Shown here: positions 1-16,327 of the stretch, piece by piece
Layout of the letters: each line of letters starts with the position of its first letter
Numbering within the stretch: the stretch's first letter is position 1
NCBI GenBank assembly: GCA_025201805.1
Contig: MU619241.1
Location: 191,947 to 255,946, forward strand
Reading direction: 5' to 3'
DNA: 64,000 nt
DNA from: Parasitella parasitica NRRL 2501
Taxonomy: Eukaryota; Fungi; Mucoromycota
The notes under the pieces: generated by a model
The model's database searches: none
Told to the model about the DNA's origin: nothing
Seen by the model: the letters and a program-made list of their open reading frames with translations, nothing else
Made by a program: the position numbers and the translations under genes

Positions 1-599
1 TTCTATATTCAACCTGCCTTTTTGAATCTTTTCTCCAAGTAACAATGGTTACCATGGCTAGTATGCTTCGGACATTTCTAAAAAAGTATGATGAAGGATG
101 AAGGATGAAGGATAAATGCATGATTAAAAGGTCGTCTCTACGATCCAATAAAAATATTTTCTCATTAGAAATCACTGTCCCCTATAGCTAGGATTTTCGC
201 TTAGCTGATCGTTTTGTATAAAGCTCAAGTAAACTATTCTATATTCTATGCATCACAAAGCTCGAAATTTGTGGCAATACTGCGCCATATATAAATGAAA
301 TTGCAACCAAAATTAACCCAGACTGATCTACAGGTTTATTAATTGAATAACGCAGATAGAAACACGCAAAATAAGCTTACAATGGGCAAGGTATAGTGTC
401 AAGTAGCACATACTTTGTGTGTAACCTAAAAAGTAACAAGGGATTTTTATTTTTTTATTTGCATTTATCAAAACCTAACGTAAAATCGACATCTTTGAAT
501 ACGACCGTAGGGCCAAGACAAAAAAAAAAGAGAGGGAGCATTGAATGAAAAAAAAAAAACATTTCAACAATGATTCAATTGAAAAAGTCAAAGAAAAAG

Positions 600-683
600 T
601 AGTATCAGTGGGGTTCGAACCCACGCCCACTTACGTAGACTTGATCTTAAGTCAAGCGCCTTAGACCACTCGGCCATGATACT
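600..683 (-). tRNA. tRNA-Leu (anticodon TAA), intronless, long variable arm
   Basis: Reverse complement folds with acceptor stem AGTATCA/TGATACT, D-arm TGGCCGAGTGGTCTAAGGC, anticodon arm CTTGA-CTTAAGA-TCAAG and T-loop GGTTCGAACC. A T5 Pol III terminator follows. Confidence 0.95.
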
Positions 684-2937
684 TTTTACAACTTTGTCAG
701 ATGTAAAATTCAATACTGAGCAATTAAAAATATAATATGGAGAAAAAACACGTGATATACACTATGCAATGTTAGGGCAAATGTTAGATAAAAGAGATTA
801 TAGTAAGTTTTGATTAAGAGAGTAAAGATGATGTTTATTTAATAAATTTCATGTTATATTTATACTAATGGTAAGCTATTTCCAGAGGTTACCATGGTTT
901 TGTATTTGTCTGTCTTGGTTTCTAGAAATTGCTATCTATTTATAATATAAATAAGACTTATGTTTCTTGAACTTTCTGGAAGGAGGTACTCTTGGCTTGA
1001 ACTTGCGTTTACCCGGCTTGGCCATTGCTACCTCCGGAATACCTGCCGAACCAGTACTGACAAATTTGACAAATAAAATATGCATATTGACTATTTAAAA
1101 ATGTAATGTATTTGTTGTACCAGGTCTTGAAATTGAGCACAGCGGATGATTGTATATGATATAAAGAACATAAGAAAGTAATAAAGACTAAATTTACCAG
1201 ATACAAAAACTATTGATTTATTGATTGACAAAAAGCTGTCTATTTATATTAGAATAAATCTATCTAAATCAATCTATAAAATACAATCAGGTCTTGTTTG
1301 ACATTTAATTGTCAAACAAGATTATAACACAGTAGTAGTCAGAGTAAGACCTATTTCTATATTTAATCAGCTAATCGTTATGAATGTGAATCATTCATCG
1401 ATAATTTGAGCTTCGCAATTTAGAATAAGTAGAACCCAAATAGATGGTTTCTTATACAAAACATTCTATTGAATACTTCTATTTACTAGATAGAATAATC
1501 AATGCCATTTAACCTTAGATCCTATCAGGAATGGTTGCCATGACAACTGAGTTGAAATAATGGTAACCATGGTATTCTATATGGATACAACACTGTTGTG
1601 GTTAAGGGTACAGCGAAACGCAGTAAAAAAATATGAAAAAGCAAGATACGATTAAAATCCTTCTTTATTTAAAAGTGGATTAAGTGTGCAGACAATTGTA
1701 TTGTTATTTCTTAACGGTTCCATTATTCTTTATATGTTGTGTTATAAATTCTAATCAACCATCCTGGCTTATTAGTAGTATACTATCATGCTACTTGGGT
1801 TGATTAGAGATGGTCATTCATCAGGAAAATAGAATAATTCTATCGTAGCTATCCTAACCTTACGTGAATGTGAATATTATTGAGTTGTTTATTGACGCTG
1901 TTGATCTAACGATAGATCAAGGGCGGCATTTTAAACATGTTTTTATTCATGCGATTATGAGGCTATCTTTGTTTGATGAATTGTTCCTTTTCAGGCTTTA
2001 GTTTGTGGCACATCATGCTATTTTGACATATGTCAATTTCTATCCTGCTATTTGTTTATCTTTGTAGTTATAGCTACTATTATTGGAAAGATGGCAATAT
2101 TTTATGATGGGAATCCAGTCTAGTTGACTTCAAAGGGTACTTCTGCAAACATCATGTAGCTTTTTACTTTAGTATTGATTGAATTGGGTTTGAGTATTTA
2201 ATCATCAATTTTGTGATGACAAGGGAAGATAACGGATCTGGCAGTGGATTAATTGAGGGAATAAAGATGTCATGCTTCAATACATGTAAAAAAGGGTAGC
2301 CTTTTCTTTTCCGTTGTACGATGTATACGTTACCAATCCTTTTCCTCTTCTTGCTTTTGCATATTCCCAGAAATCCTAGTCGTCATCTTTGACCAAGAGC
2401 ATTATGGCTAGTCTCTTAGTGCACTGTAACACAGGCGTCGTTTAATGTCAATTTCTTGATTTTTCATCCAATTTTCTACAAACACCATAAATTGGGCGGG
2501 CTGTAAACCTGGTAAAATCTCTACTTTCTGGCGCTAGTGGACGAGAAGGATCTGAAGTTGAAAATGGATCGTTTAAAAAGTGTGTGGTCTTAGACATGAC
2601 ATATAGTAATGTGGAAAGTTGGCTGCTTTTTACTGGTCTTTTTTTGGGTGTAGTAGTAGTAATAGGAGTAGTAGTAGTAGAAGAAGAAATTAGGCCCTAC
2701 ACGAAACGGTATGGCTTATCAGACGATTACTATAGCCAAATGTATATATGGAAACAAAGCTTTCAGAGGTTTGAGTAATTCATTTTGCTTTACAAGTTTG
2801 CTTGCTTCTCAGGAAAATCAACTTTGAGGCTGCTTTTTAAGTGTTTTTAATGCAACAGAGAATATATTACTTGAAGGCTAAATAATTAATTATGTGAACT
2901 GGTGCAATTCCAACAAAATTTTTAGAAAGAAAAATAA

Positions 2938-4407
2938 TCAAGATTCCATCCATTTAAAGGAACCCATCAAAATATGTTTCTTGGGTAATCTGCCAGGCGA
3001 TGGCGACAAGATGGTAACCTTCCTTTTTTCATCATCTACATCCGATCTATCAGATAGAAGAAATGAGTATTCATTCATCAAGCATCTGAAAAAGACTTAC
3101 ACATATACAAAGCCTGCAACATTACTCTCCAGCAATCTGTTTTCATGTTCATCTTGGTCCGCATTTAAAATAGCCAATATGGAATGCAAGCACATGTCGA
3201 AATTATCTACCTTGACGACTTGTGTTTCGTTTGAAGATCCTTCCATACCTAATGGTAGAGCACTCGAAGGTGCAATCACGTCTCCTACTCGCCAAACCTT
3301 GATATCATCATAATTGACGAGCATACTGTAAGGAGATAATTCACATTTAGGTGTGCCATAAAAGTATTCATGAATTTTACTCCTTTGGAGACGAGTTTTG
3401 AACTGCCTGTCTCGTTCAACAACGCCGCCAGATTTTGATAATTTGACAACTGACACATTTTTATTACTAAAGATCCGACTCATATCACTGTAAAGTCGTT
3501 CATGGCCGAGCACAATTAGAACATTCACTATACAAAAATTATTACAATTCCATATATCAAGCATAGCTTTGTAAATTACCAGAAAAGTTTTCAACAACAT
3601 GCTTGATAATATCGTAACCTACTTGATCTACCAAACCAGCAGTATCAATGATGAATCCTGAATTTCGACACTCTTCATCCACGGCCATCCTACTTCTGAT
3701 AGCCTCTGAAAGACAAGATGTGACCAATTTGTACAATTTGACATTTTCACTAGGATTCTCAAATCCATAATAGTAAGCGAGGGGCATGGTAGAAGAGCCC
3801 ATTGATGCAGCTGTGGTTGCTGATGAACCGAATCCTTCTTCAACGTCGATGTTACTACTGATGCAGGTGGCTGTAACTGTACCGGGCATTGTGATGGATC
3901 CTTCTGTCGTGTCCAAAGATACATAAATAGGGTTCCCTCTTTGTCGCAAACAATAGCTAACTAAAATCTTACACAGAGAAGTCTTTCCAACGTCATGGGG
4001 CCCTATCACCAATACACGAGGACCCAAGTTATGTCCAGTCTTAGCATTTTGTCTCAGTTGTTCAAGTGCTAAATGCGTATTCAGATAACTTGTCATGGGT
4101 GTCTCATTTGCTGTATATTCAACCAAAAAAGTGCCTTTTACTTCCAATGTACAGCCGTGCCATGTGTATACGGCTGCTTTTCTACCTGTAAACGTGTATG
4201 TGATGCCAACAGCTAACTCGGTTCCGAAGATTTCTGCAGTGCCTTTTACCAATTTTAATTGAGCTTTTGTGTTGAATTCGACTTCAAAGCGAAACTCATG
4301 ATCAGGCTCCAACGTGATTTCACGCGATGCCTCTGTATCTTGCTTTATACAACGATAATGAGCCAATGTTTTATTGTTGTATGAAATTCACAAACCTTGT
4401 CTTGCAT
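2938..4407 (-). CDS. CLP1: mRNA cleavage/polyadenylation factor Clp1 (multi-exon)
   Basis: ORFs 3557-4366 and 3097-3600 contain EIFGTEL, YTWHGC, P-loop GPHDVGKT, IIDTAG, SGGVVER and HEYFYG. First exon is 12 nt (ATG at 4407); last exon ends GSFKWMES*. Confidence 0.93.
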
Positions 4408-4570
4408 ATCTAATTTAGTCAATTAGTAAACAAGAACTGCAAGAACTGCCAAAGCCATTTGATGGCAGGCAACTAATGTCTACCATAGTCACAGAGATCA
4501 ACAAAAAAAGTCGTGAATTATACAACCTTTTGGGGGATTCCATTTTTTTTTTTTTTATTGACTTGTAAAC

Positions 4571-6111
4571 ATGAACTTGACTACATATCTCAATAAACTT
4601 TCTTTGCATATCAACAATGAAAACGGGAAACTAGTTTCTTCGCTACTATCACTAACTCATAATCATGTGAAAGGATTGGTAAATCATGTTATTGATGTAA
4701 GTTTCGTTTATTCGCAAAAAGAAATCGCAATTTATACTCTTTATATTGCAGCCACAACAAATCGAAATCACTTGCAAAAGCAAATTAGAGGCTCCATGGA
4801 ATGATGTGGCAGCAAATCATTTAAAAACACTTGGTCACGTAGATGCAGAAGATTATGAAGAAGCATTCGAAACACAAAAAGAATTAGTTCAGTAAAGTAA
4901 ACTTATCTATCATTTGAAAAATAGCAATGATTAAATGAATCTTATAGAGCATTTCAAAGGGGTATGTCTAATATGACTCGTTGGTGTTTACCTGCATTAT
5001 ATGTTATCAACAACGATCTTCGTATCATTGCTTCCAAAGCTGACGACCAAGCAGATGCAGCGGTCGAAGGACAAAGAAAGAAATTGGAAGAGGCAGCTAA
5101 CGTGATTAGTAAATCATTTACATACTGTATCACTGATCGAGGTGTATTAAACTCTTCCAAAAAGTACGGTACTTATTGTATGATTGGCATCTTGTTTAGA
5201 ATCTATTTCAAGGTAAATCTTCACAATGCTGCATCCACATCTCTTTCTAACACTCAAATATTTAAAGTTAAAGCAACAAAACCTGTGCAAAAATATCCTC
5301 AGGGCCGTTAAAGCCGCAGACATGCCATCCATCGATCAGTATTCAAAGAGTGACCGAGTTACATTCAGGTACTATCTTGGTAGACTTTATTTTCTGGAAG
5401 AAGATTATGTGAAAGCCGAGCATGAATTGGACTTGGCTTTTAAAGAGTGTACCAATAAACATATCAAGAACAAAGAGTGAGTTTAAGCATAATTTTCAAG
5501 AGAGGTGCTGCTAATTGATATCTTTTAGACTTATTCTACAAACATTATTACCTGTCAAATTAATGCGCGGAATATTACCAACAAGAGCTTTGTTTGGAAA
5601 GTTTACAAGAGCACGCATGATTTACAGTGCATTAGCAACCTCGATAAAAATGGGCAATGTGAAGGCATTCAATGTTGCATTGACTCATTTGGAATCATTA
5701 TTGATCAGACAGGGCACTTATTTCGCTATTGAAAAGGCAGAGAACATTGCTATTAGACAGTTGTTTAGAAAAGTGTAAGATTATTAAGCTTTTCTTTTTA
5801 TAACATTTCAACTGATGATTTATTTTATTGGTAGATATCTTGTCTTAGGCCTTAATACCAGAATTCCTATTCTTACATTCAAAAGGGCTCTGGAATTTGA
5901 AGGCATGAATGTGGAAATTGAAGAAGCTGAATGGATGTTGGCTAATATGATTTATAAGGTAAATTTTGATTTTTCTTTAACCTCTTTAAGCGTACAACTG
6001 CTAATAGCAAATTAGGGCTACATGAAGGGTTACTTGTCTCATGAAAAAATGTTTCTAGTGCTGAGTAAAGATAATCCATTTCCTTCAGTGGCACAAGTTG
6101 CTCAAGCTTGA
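4571..6111 (+). CDS. CSN12: PCI-domain protein, Csn12/PCID2(Thp1) family (multi-exon)
   Basis: Motifs SFTYCITDR..SKKYG, YFKLKQQNLCKNILRA, VTFRYYLGR and EWMLANMIYKGYMKGYLSHE..VLSKDNPFP across GT-AG introns. Confidence 0.85.
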
Positions 6112-6702
6112 TATATGACGTGCCAAATAAAATTTGTTCGAGCAAGACCATAGTTTTTCAATCTGTATTGCACATGTACATCCCCACAGCCTCAAGTTAG
6201 CGATGTATCTTGCTTGAAGCAGTAATAGTTAAAGGAAACAAAAGCCTTTTCTGAATATTTTTCAATGAATGATATATTTTGATTCTTCTAGTACAAGTCA
6301 TTTATAGGCGTAAACAAATATTTGAGAAGTTTGCACCGATTTCAGAACGAACAAGGTAGTGATTGTATATGTATTTTGTGAAAACATATACGTTTACTGT
6401 TTGAAAGAAAAAAGTAGTTATAGAAAGTAATGATGATTCTGCGAGTGATAACATGTGACATAAATTTTACGGATTCGAATGACAATAGAACCATCTGCAT
6501 GCGAAACTTTACCGTAAAATGTTGCTCTAGTGAATTTTCTATTCAACATTTTTTCAGCAAGAAAAAAAAAAAAAAAAATTGATAAGAAAAATATAATTAC
6601 GAGAAAAGTGCAGTAATATGGAGGTTTTCAGGGTTAATAAAGTTTAGAAGTGATGATGTGGTAATGATAAGAAGAAAGAGGAAGGGTAAATGAAGAATGA
6701 GA

Positions 6703-9452
<2,750 letters not shown>

Positions 9453-10905
9453 TTTTGATAATTATATGTTTTCTTTATATTCACAATAGGAAAAAAAAAT
9501 CAAGACTTTCTCTCCTATACTTGCAGTTTATCTCTTCCCCTTTCGTAAATAAAATATAAAGATAGTATCTTGTATATAAACAAAGAAAGAAGAGGGCAAA
9601 ATGTTGTAATATATAAAAGAAAGTTAAAAAGAAAAAGAAAAAAAGGTTTATTTAGGAGAAGAGGAAAAAGGAAGAAGAAAAAAGGAAAAAAGAACTTGCT
9701 TAGCAATAAAACGCTTTTCTTATTACATCTACCTCGTGATTGTTGGTCTGTAAAGCCTTACCATCCATTGAAACCCCGTATTGAGGTAAGCTACATGTAT
9801 TACATTGTTAGCCACAAGTAACCTTGTTGCTATTGCAAGGTGAGATTAATGATTGAATATTTTAAAAGTTTATGTAAGATCCTATACTTATAGACAACCT
9901 TTTTGAACTGTCTATTTGTGTAGTGACCTAGACTGTATTAATAATCATTTCATGTGGGAGGACACATAATGAAAAGAAGCATTGGAAACTATTCATATTC
10001 CATAGCCGAAAAATAAGCCTATATCTGAAGACAGTAATATATAGAAACAGTGTGGACACATTGACCATTTGAAATGCGACTCTTTTTTGCAATTGATTCT
10101 CTCGTCAATATATTCGGCAACATTGCAAGAAACATCTATCCATATACATTGGTGTTACCCGAGAAAACCGGAATTAACTTTTCACATTAGTTGATGTTGC
10201 CAAGTACATATTATCCTTGGTAAACCATTTTAAAAAAAAGAGTTTCAGTAGCCACACAAGCAAATATCAATAGCGAACGATTTTTCTCTTTGCAGTAGAA
10301 ATACTATTAACTGAAGATGGATCGTTTAACGCTTATTGGAAAATCGATTATCAACTTTTTATGATGATAAAGCCCTTAGATCAGATTATCAAGATTGATA
10401 TAATACGGTATTGCAGTTTTTATTCCTGTTGCTTGCGTTTCATTCATTTCTGTGATGTTGATTTCGAAAACTTTTTGATTTTTATTTAATGGCTCATGAG
10501 ATCTAGTATCATATCGTTTATTGTATCTTACTTGGAGTAAAAATAGTATGAGCGTCATGCTATACGCTATCTATTGATTCAAATGTTGCAAATATGTTTC
10601 ATTTATTGCACGAGCCAGGTTTTCATGAACAACATCTTTTGATTGCAGGCATACAAAATTGTGATTTACTTATAAGATCACCATCTAGTCAAAAAGAATT
10701 ACTATTGCTCAGTAAAACTCCATTATAATGAGTGGTTGGAAATAACCAAGAATCCAATTGATAAATTACAACAGCTTGTTGCTGACAGTTCGAAACAATG
10801 AAAACCAAATGACGGCGTGAAATGGCAACCACTATGCAACAAATAGTGATGTACGTCACTATTTTTACTGCATTCATTGGCTAAATTGCTCTGCCAAGCC
10901 ATCCC

Positions 10906-10913
10906 TATAAATA
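10906..10913 (+). promoter_or_regulatory. TATA box upstream of TFIIA-gamma gene
   Basis: TATAAATA about 40 nt upstream of the ATG at 10949. Confidence 0.5.
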
Positions 10914-10948
10914 GTGGGAGCAAGTTTTCTTTTCCAACCTCTTTAACC

Positions 10949-11444
10949 ATGTCCAGTACACCATTTTATGAGTTATATCGTCGTTCAAGGTAAGTAGCAT
11001 AGGGTGCAACACGATTGTATTCGAAACAAGAGCAAAAAAAATAGTAAAATGAGCATTTATTTACAACATTTACATAAAAAATTCAGCATCGGCATGGCTT
11101 TGACCGATTCTTTAGATGAATTAATTCAGAGTGGACATATCAATCCTCAGTTAGCTATGCGTGTATTGATGACTTTTGATAGAAGCATCTCTGAAGCCCT
11201 TTCGCAACTTGTTAGAAATAAAGCAAATATAAAGGTTTTTATCAGAGGCTTTATTACAATTTTTTTTTATCTTGTAATATTAAATGTGTTGTTGATATAG
11301 GGCCATTTACATACTTATCGTTTCTGTGATGAAGTTTGGACCTTTATAATTGAAAACCCTAATTTTAAATTCGATCAAGATACTGTTTCAGCTGATAAAG
11401 TCAAAATTGTTGCTTGTAATGCCAAAAGACCTGGAGAACAATAA
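10949..11444 (+). CDS. TOA2: Transcription initiation factor IIA gamma (small) subunit, 3 exons
   Basis: [13 protein letters not shown]|[21 protein letters not shown]|[24 protein letters not shown]. Confidence 0.93.
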
Positions 11445-13270
11445 TAAAATCTCCTTGTTTACAACTTTTTTTCGTGGTTGTATTGTAGATAAACTCCATA
11501 TATAAAATTTTCCACTCACACAATTTCTCTCGCCTTAAAACATCTATTGCCCTTTCCTTTGTGAATATAAATAAAATTTCTTTTAAAATTGCATGACAAA
11601 TGAAGGACTCAAATTCATATACTATGACACCTTTTTATATTGTGATCCATCCTTAAATACGTACTAGATTTAGCAATAGGCGTATAAACCATGTTTACTG
11701 TTAAATTGTGAAGCTTGTTCAGCACAATTAGGACTATTAGTTGAGCAGCATCACTAGACTATCACAACACTGGGCGGTGTGTCTATCAAAAGTTACCTGC
11801 AAGATATACTATCAAATACTAGAAGATAATGAAAATATGTGGCATCAACGAAAGAATAATATGATAAAGAGCAAAATAAAGCCTGCTTTATACTTCATTA
11901 AAGCAGCATAATTATCGCTATCTAAGCATAACTTGGTTTCCACTAGGGGATGTGTCTATCAAAAGTTATCTTCAAAATTTATCATAAATGTAAAATATTT
12001 GGTACAACTTCTGCTAAATTAACAGTAGAACCGAGATTGAACTCGTAAATTTCTTTTTCTATTACCAACAAGGTTCCTAAATACTGCGGCGATGTGAGGA
12101 GAGCCAGATCAGCTTGATGCTGGACATAGTAGAGATCACGATCATATATACCAGAAATATCCTAACCTGACGTTGATTCTAGCGTATCTGGTGCAGGAAC
12201 ACGAAAATCTTGTGAGGATTGAATGGAGACGATTGGTTTTTTTTCAATGCGATCAAGGACTCCTTTGCTTTCAATGGCTACTATGAAATAATCATCATTC
12301 GTCTTTTGATTGTAGTAGATGTATCCAGCAGATTAGACGTCAACCAAATCAATTTTATGAGCACCATTGGCTACAATTATTCTAGTGTTCATTGTTATAC
12401 GCTTGTGATTCACCTTACTACTTGCAAGTGATATTGTACAAACAGAGATTCAAACACGCCTGACAAAAATTTCACCAAGTTATCCAGTTCTATGCTGTGT
12501 TTTTTGTACGGATGCACACATTGTTAAGGCATTGAACGAGATTTCTCTATCTATTGATGACAAAAAGGTACCATTATGTCTGATGGCATGGATATATCCC
12601 AAACCGACCATGTAACTACTCTGGGTAGTAATGATAATCGAGTAAAGATGTCTCAAGATATTGAGAGACTGAAATTCAAGTTGTTGTATTAGGTACCGTT
12701 GATTAACAACTTTCTTAATCGTATCAATAAATATCTTTGATTGTTGCGAAGATAGCACTGAATAAGAACATTCCTAGTGTTTTAACTCCAACAGAAAAGT
12801 GATTTCTGTTGTAATTGGCAAAAATATTTAATTTGAGGGGAATATTGGTTTGATCTGGTTTGGTTAGTTTCGCCTGCCTAGTCTTTCAGCCTTCTCGCAT
12901 TCATACCTTTGACATAAAGAAAGGTGGATCACTTCCTTAGGCCCAATGCTCAAATTGAAAAGTATGAAAATGATGTATTTGAACCCTCTCGCGAATGCTG
13001 GAGGGTAATTCGTGATATCTCTGTTGAAGCATTCCCTGAATGTAATACATAATCAAACGATCGCATGCTGAAGAGCGCAAGTAATGCTCAATGCTCAAAA
13101 ATCGGCACACGATCGCAATAACACAATCTAGTATAAATGAAATAAGCATGCAAATACCCAAAATGATCCAAAACAAAAGGCTTTAATGGTTAAAGCTAAT
13201 ATACGAAACTATACACATTAATGAAAACAATGATCGTCATGATATTAAATTAAAGAAAGTCGTAGAAGAT

Positions 13271-14988
13271 TTAATAGTTCTCCCATCCAACATTATCAAG
13301 CTTTTCAACTTTGTTCATGACTTCGCCTTCCATCTTCTCCATATAAGCAGCCATTTGCTCTTGAATACCAGGAATTGAAGCACCCAAAATACGGATAGCA
13401 AGCAATGCAGCATTAGTACTGTTATTGACAGCGACAGTAGCAACGGGAATACCACGGGGCATTTGGACAATACTATAAAGAGAATCCACACCATCAAGAG
13501 AGCTACCCTTAACAGGAACACCAATGACAGGTAGAGGTGTCATAGCAGCAACCATGCCAGGCAAATGAGCAGCTCCACCAGCACCAGCAATGATTGCCAT
13601 TAAGCCACGTTGAGCAGCAGATTTTGCATATTCAACCATGCGTAAAGGAGTACGATGAGCAGATACAATAGATAGTTCAAATGGAATACCAAAATCCTTC
13701 AAAATCTGAGCACCCACCTTCATGACAGGTAAATCACTATCAGAGCCCATAATCATGCCAACCAAAGGTCTCAACGTCAGAGGTCTCTCAACGTCAGGCT
13801 CAATTTCCTGCAAAATAGGCTTCAAGTTCTTTTGAACTTGCATCATTGATTCGCCAACCAAGGTAATATGGCCCATCTTACGTCCAGCTCTTGACTCCTT
13901 TTTACCATATAAATGAATTGTTGCTCCATCAGTAAGTAAAGCGGCTTTACAAGGCTTGTAGCAAGCTTCTATGTCACCATTTTCGCCTAAAATATTGACC
14001 ATAATGGATGCAGGAACCTTCATGGCAGTAGATCCTAAAGGCAAATCTAAAATAGCACGCATATGGTTTTCGTATTGAGAAGTTTCACAGGCCTCGATAG
14101 TGTAATGACCAGAATTATGAGGACGAGGAGCAATTTCATTCAATAAAATCTCGCCATCAGCCATGACAAACATTTCTACACCAAAGATACCGGCTCCTGG
14201 GAATGATTTGATGGCATTCTCAGCAATTTTTTGAGCCTTAACAGCTACACTACCATCAATTTGAGCGGGAGCAATCACAAGATGGCAAATACTGTTTTTG
14301 TGGATAGTTTCCACCACAGGATATGAACGAATTTCACCGTTGGCTCGACGAACAACCATGACAGCCAATTCCTTGACAAAAGGAGCCCATTTTTCAGCAT
14401 ACAAGGGTGTCTTGGAGAGAGCAGAGACAGCCTTTTCAACATCGGCCTCAGTTTTGACAACGTAGTTGCCCTTGCCATCGTATGCCATAGTCTTGGATTT
14501 GAGCATCAAGGGATACCCAAAGTCTAGAGCAGCTTGTTTGACAGCTTCAGCATCTTTAGTCTCCCGGTATTCTGCCACGGGAATATTATGAGATTCTAAA
14601 TATTGTTTCTGCTTGAATTTGTCTTGGATCGTTTTGACAGTAAATGCCGAAGGACATACACGAACACGGCCTTCTTTTTCGATCTTTGCTAATACATCAG
14701 CATCAACATGCTCAATCTCAACAGTCAAAACATCGACTTGAGAAGCCAGCTCTGAAATTTTGGTTGCATCATTAAAAGCTCCAGCAATATGAGATTGGGT
14801 AGATTCAATCTGCTTGGCAGGTGCATCAACAGGGGCATCCAGGATAGTGACCTTGAGATTAAGTCTGGACGATGCTTCAACCATCATACGGCCTAACTGA
14901 CCACCTATTCATGAAATAAGGAGCTAATAATTGTGCCATAAGTATGTTTTCTCTTACCTCCAAGAATACCAACTCTTTGATAATCCAT
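13271..14988 (-). CDS. ADE2: Phosphoribosylaminoimidazole carboxylase (PurK-PurE fusion)
   Basis: Exon 1 [11 protein letters not shown] joins ORF 13271-14887, which has ATP-grasp motifs ([19 protein letters not shown]) and AIRC motifs ([24 protein letters not shown]). Confidence 0.97.
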
Positions 14989-16327
14989 TTGTTTATATGC
15001 TTAAAAGCTTTTGTAGAGAACAAAGATTGATGTAGTGTTTGAGGGGCTTCAACTAGGTTAAAGCAATGGTTTACCAGTGACTGTCCATCTGTGAGTAATG
15101 GCACAGCACATATGCATCTATCATTTGAAATAAATGATGTATCTATTATATAGCCAGAAAATGTATTGCCCAAGAGAAAATCAGGATATATAAAGCTTAC
15201 GATAATATTATTTGCCATTGATTGTACTTAATAAAATCCTGTTGATTTAATAGATAAATAGATCCAACGGCAGATGAAATGAGTCAAATTTGAAGTATTC
15301 TACATCAGTGTTACACATTGAGATGACATTTGGATTTTACTTAATGACGTCTACTTAATACTATGTTCCATAGTATATGAAGGCAATTCTAGTTTTTAGA
15401 GAACACCAAGAAAAGTAGATCCATCAGGAGAGATTCATCCAAACTTGTCTTATCTCATTTCCTAAGTTTACTGCATTTAAAGGATTTTTCAAACTGTTTA
15501 CACAACATCAAAAAGCCTAAATGTACGCTTATCTCACTCTGATAAGTCAAAAGCAATGGAGCATATGTATGTTTTTCATACAATCGAGTCTAATATCCAT
15601 AAAGATACGATTGTATTTGAAATTCAATAGCATTTACTAAAACATTTATTAGAAACTAGTGTAGATCTGCATATTAATCGAATTTTCTAGTGAATACATT
15701 AGAGGTAGATGATGATTTAGTATAATAGTTGTCCCGAAAACACACATAGGAATAATCAGCCCTTATGGTTTATCCACTTCACATGCGTTATGAATGAATT
15801 CGATCTAAACAAAGTAAATGGCATTCGCAAAAACATAGGCCTTGAGAAGAAGAAAAAAATTCGTAGAAGCTCGATTGTTTATACATCGAAGAAAAGGGAG
15901 AGTTCATAAACTTCAATAGCGATAGAGTGCTTTCTCTCGGACCAGCCAGTAAATAGAATCAAAGGTTATTCACGTATTTTTTTGAAAGCTGATCTGCCAC
16001 ATCAAAAAACGTTGTATACATCAGAGTATAGATATACCTGTTCACGAATTCGGTTGTTAGATCAAAGAACTGTCAAAGCAGATTTTGTCGGTTGGTATTC
16101 ATTTAGGAAAGGTTATACTATATAAGCGGTTTCCTTAAATTAGATGGCGGTCCGTAGTCATTCTATGCATGTGTTCCTTATTGCGAGTTGCTTACTGTAG
16201 TTTCAGTGCTTGTAATCGTCTGGAATTCAAACAATACCTAATAATCCTTTCGGAGTTGCAGAGAATCTTCTTCATCTGGTAACACATTTGATTGAAGAAC
16301 TTCTCTTTCCTGAAACCAAACACTATT

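Noticed and set aside
2330-2780. Coding-like stretch and 64-aa ORF downstream of CLP1
   Set aside because: Interrupted by stops, with no recognisable motif or consistent splice model.
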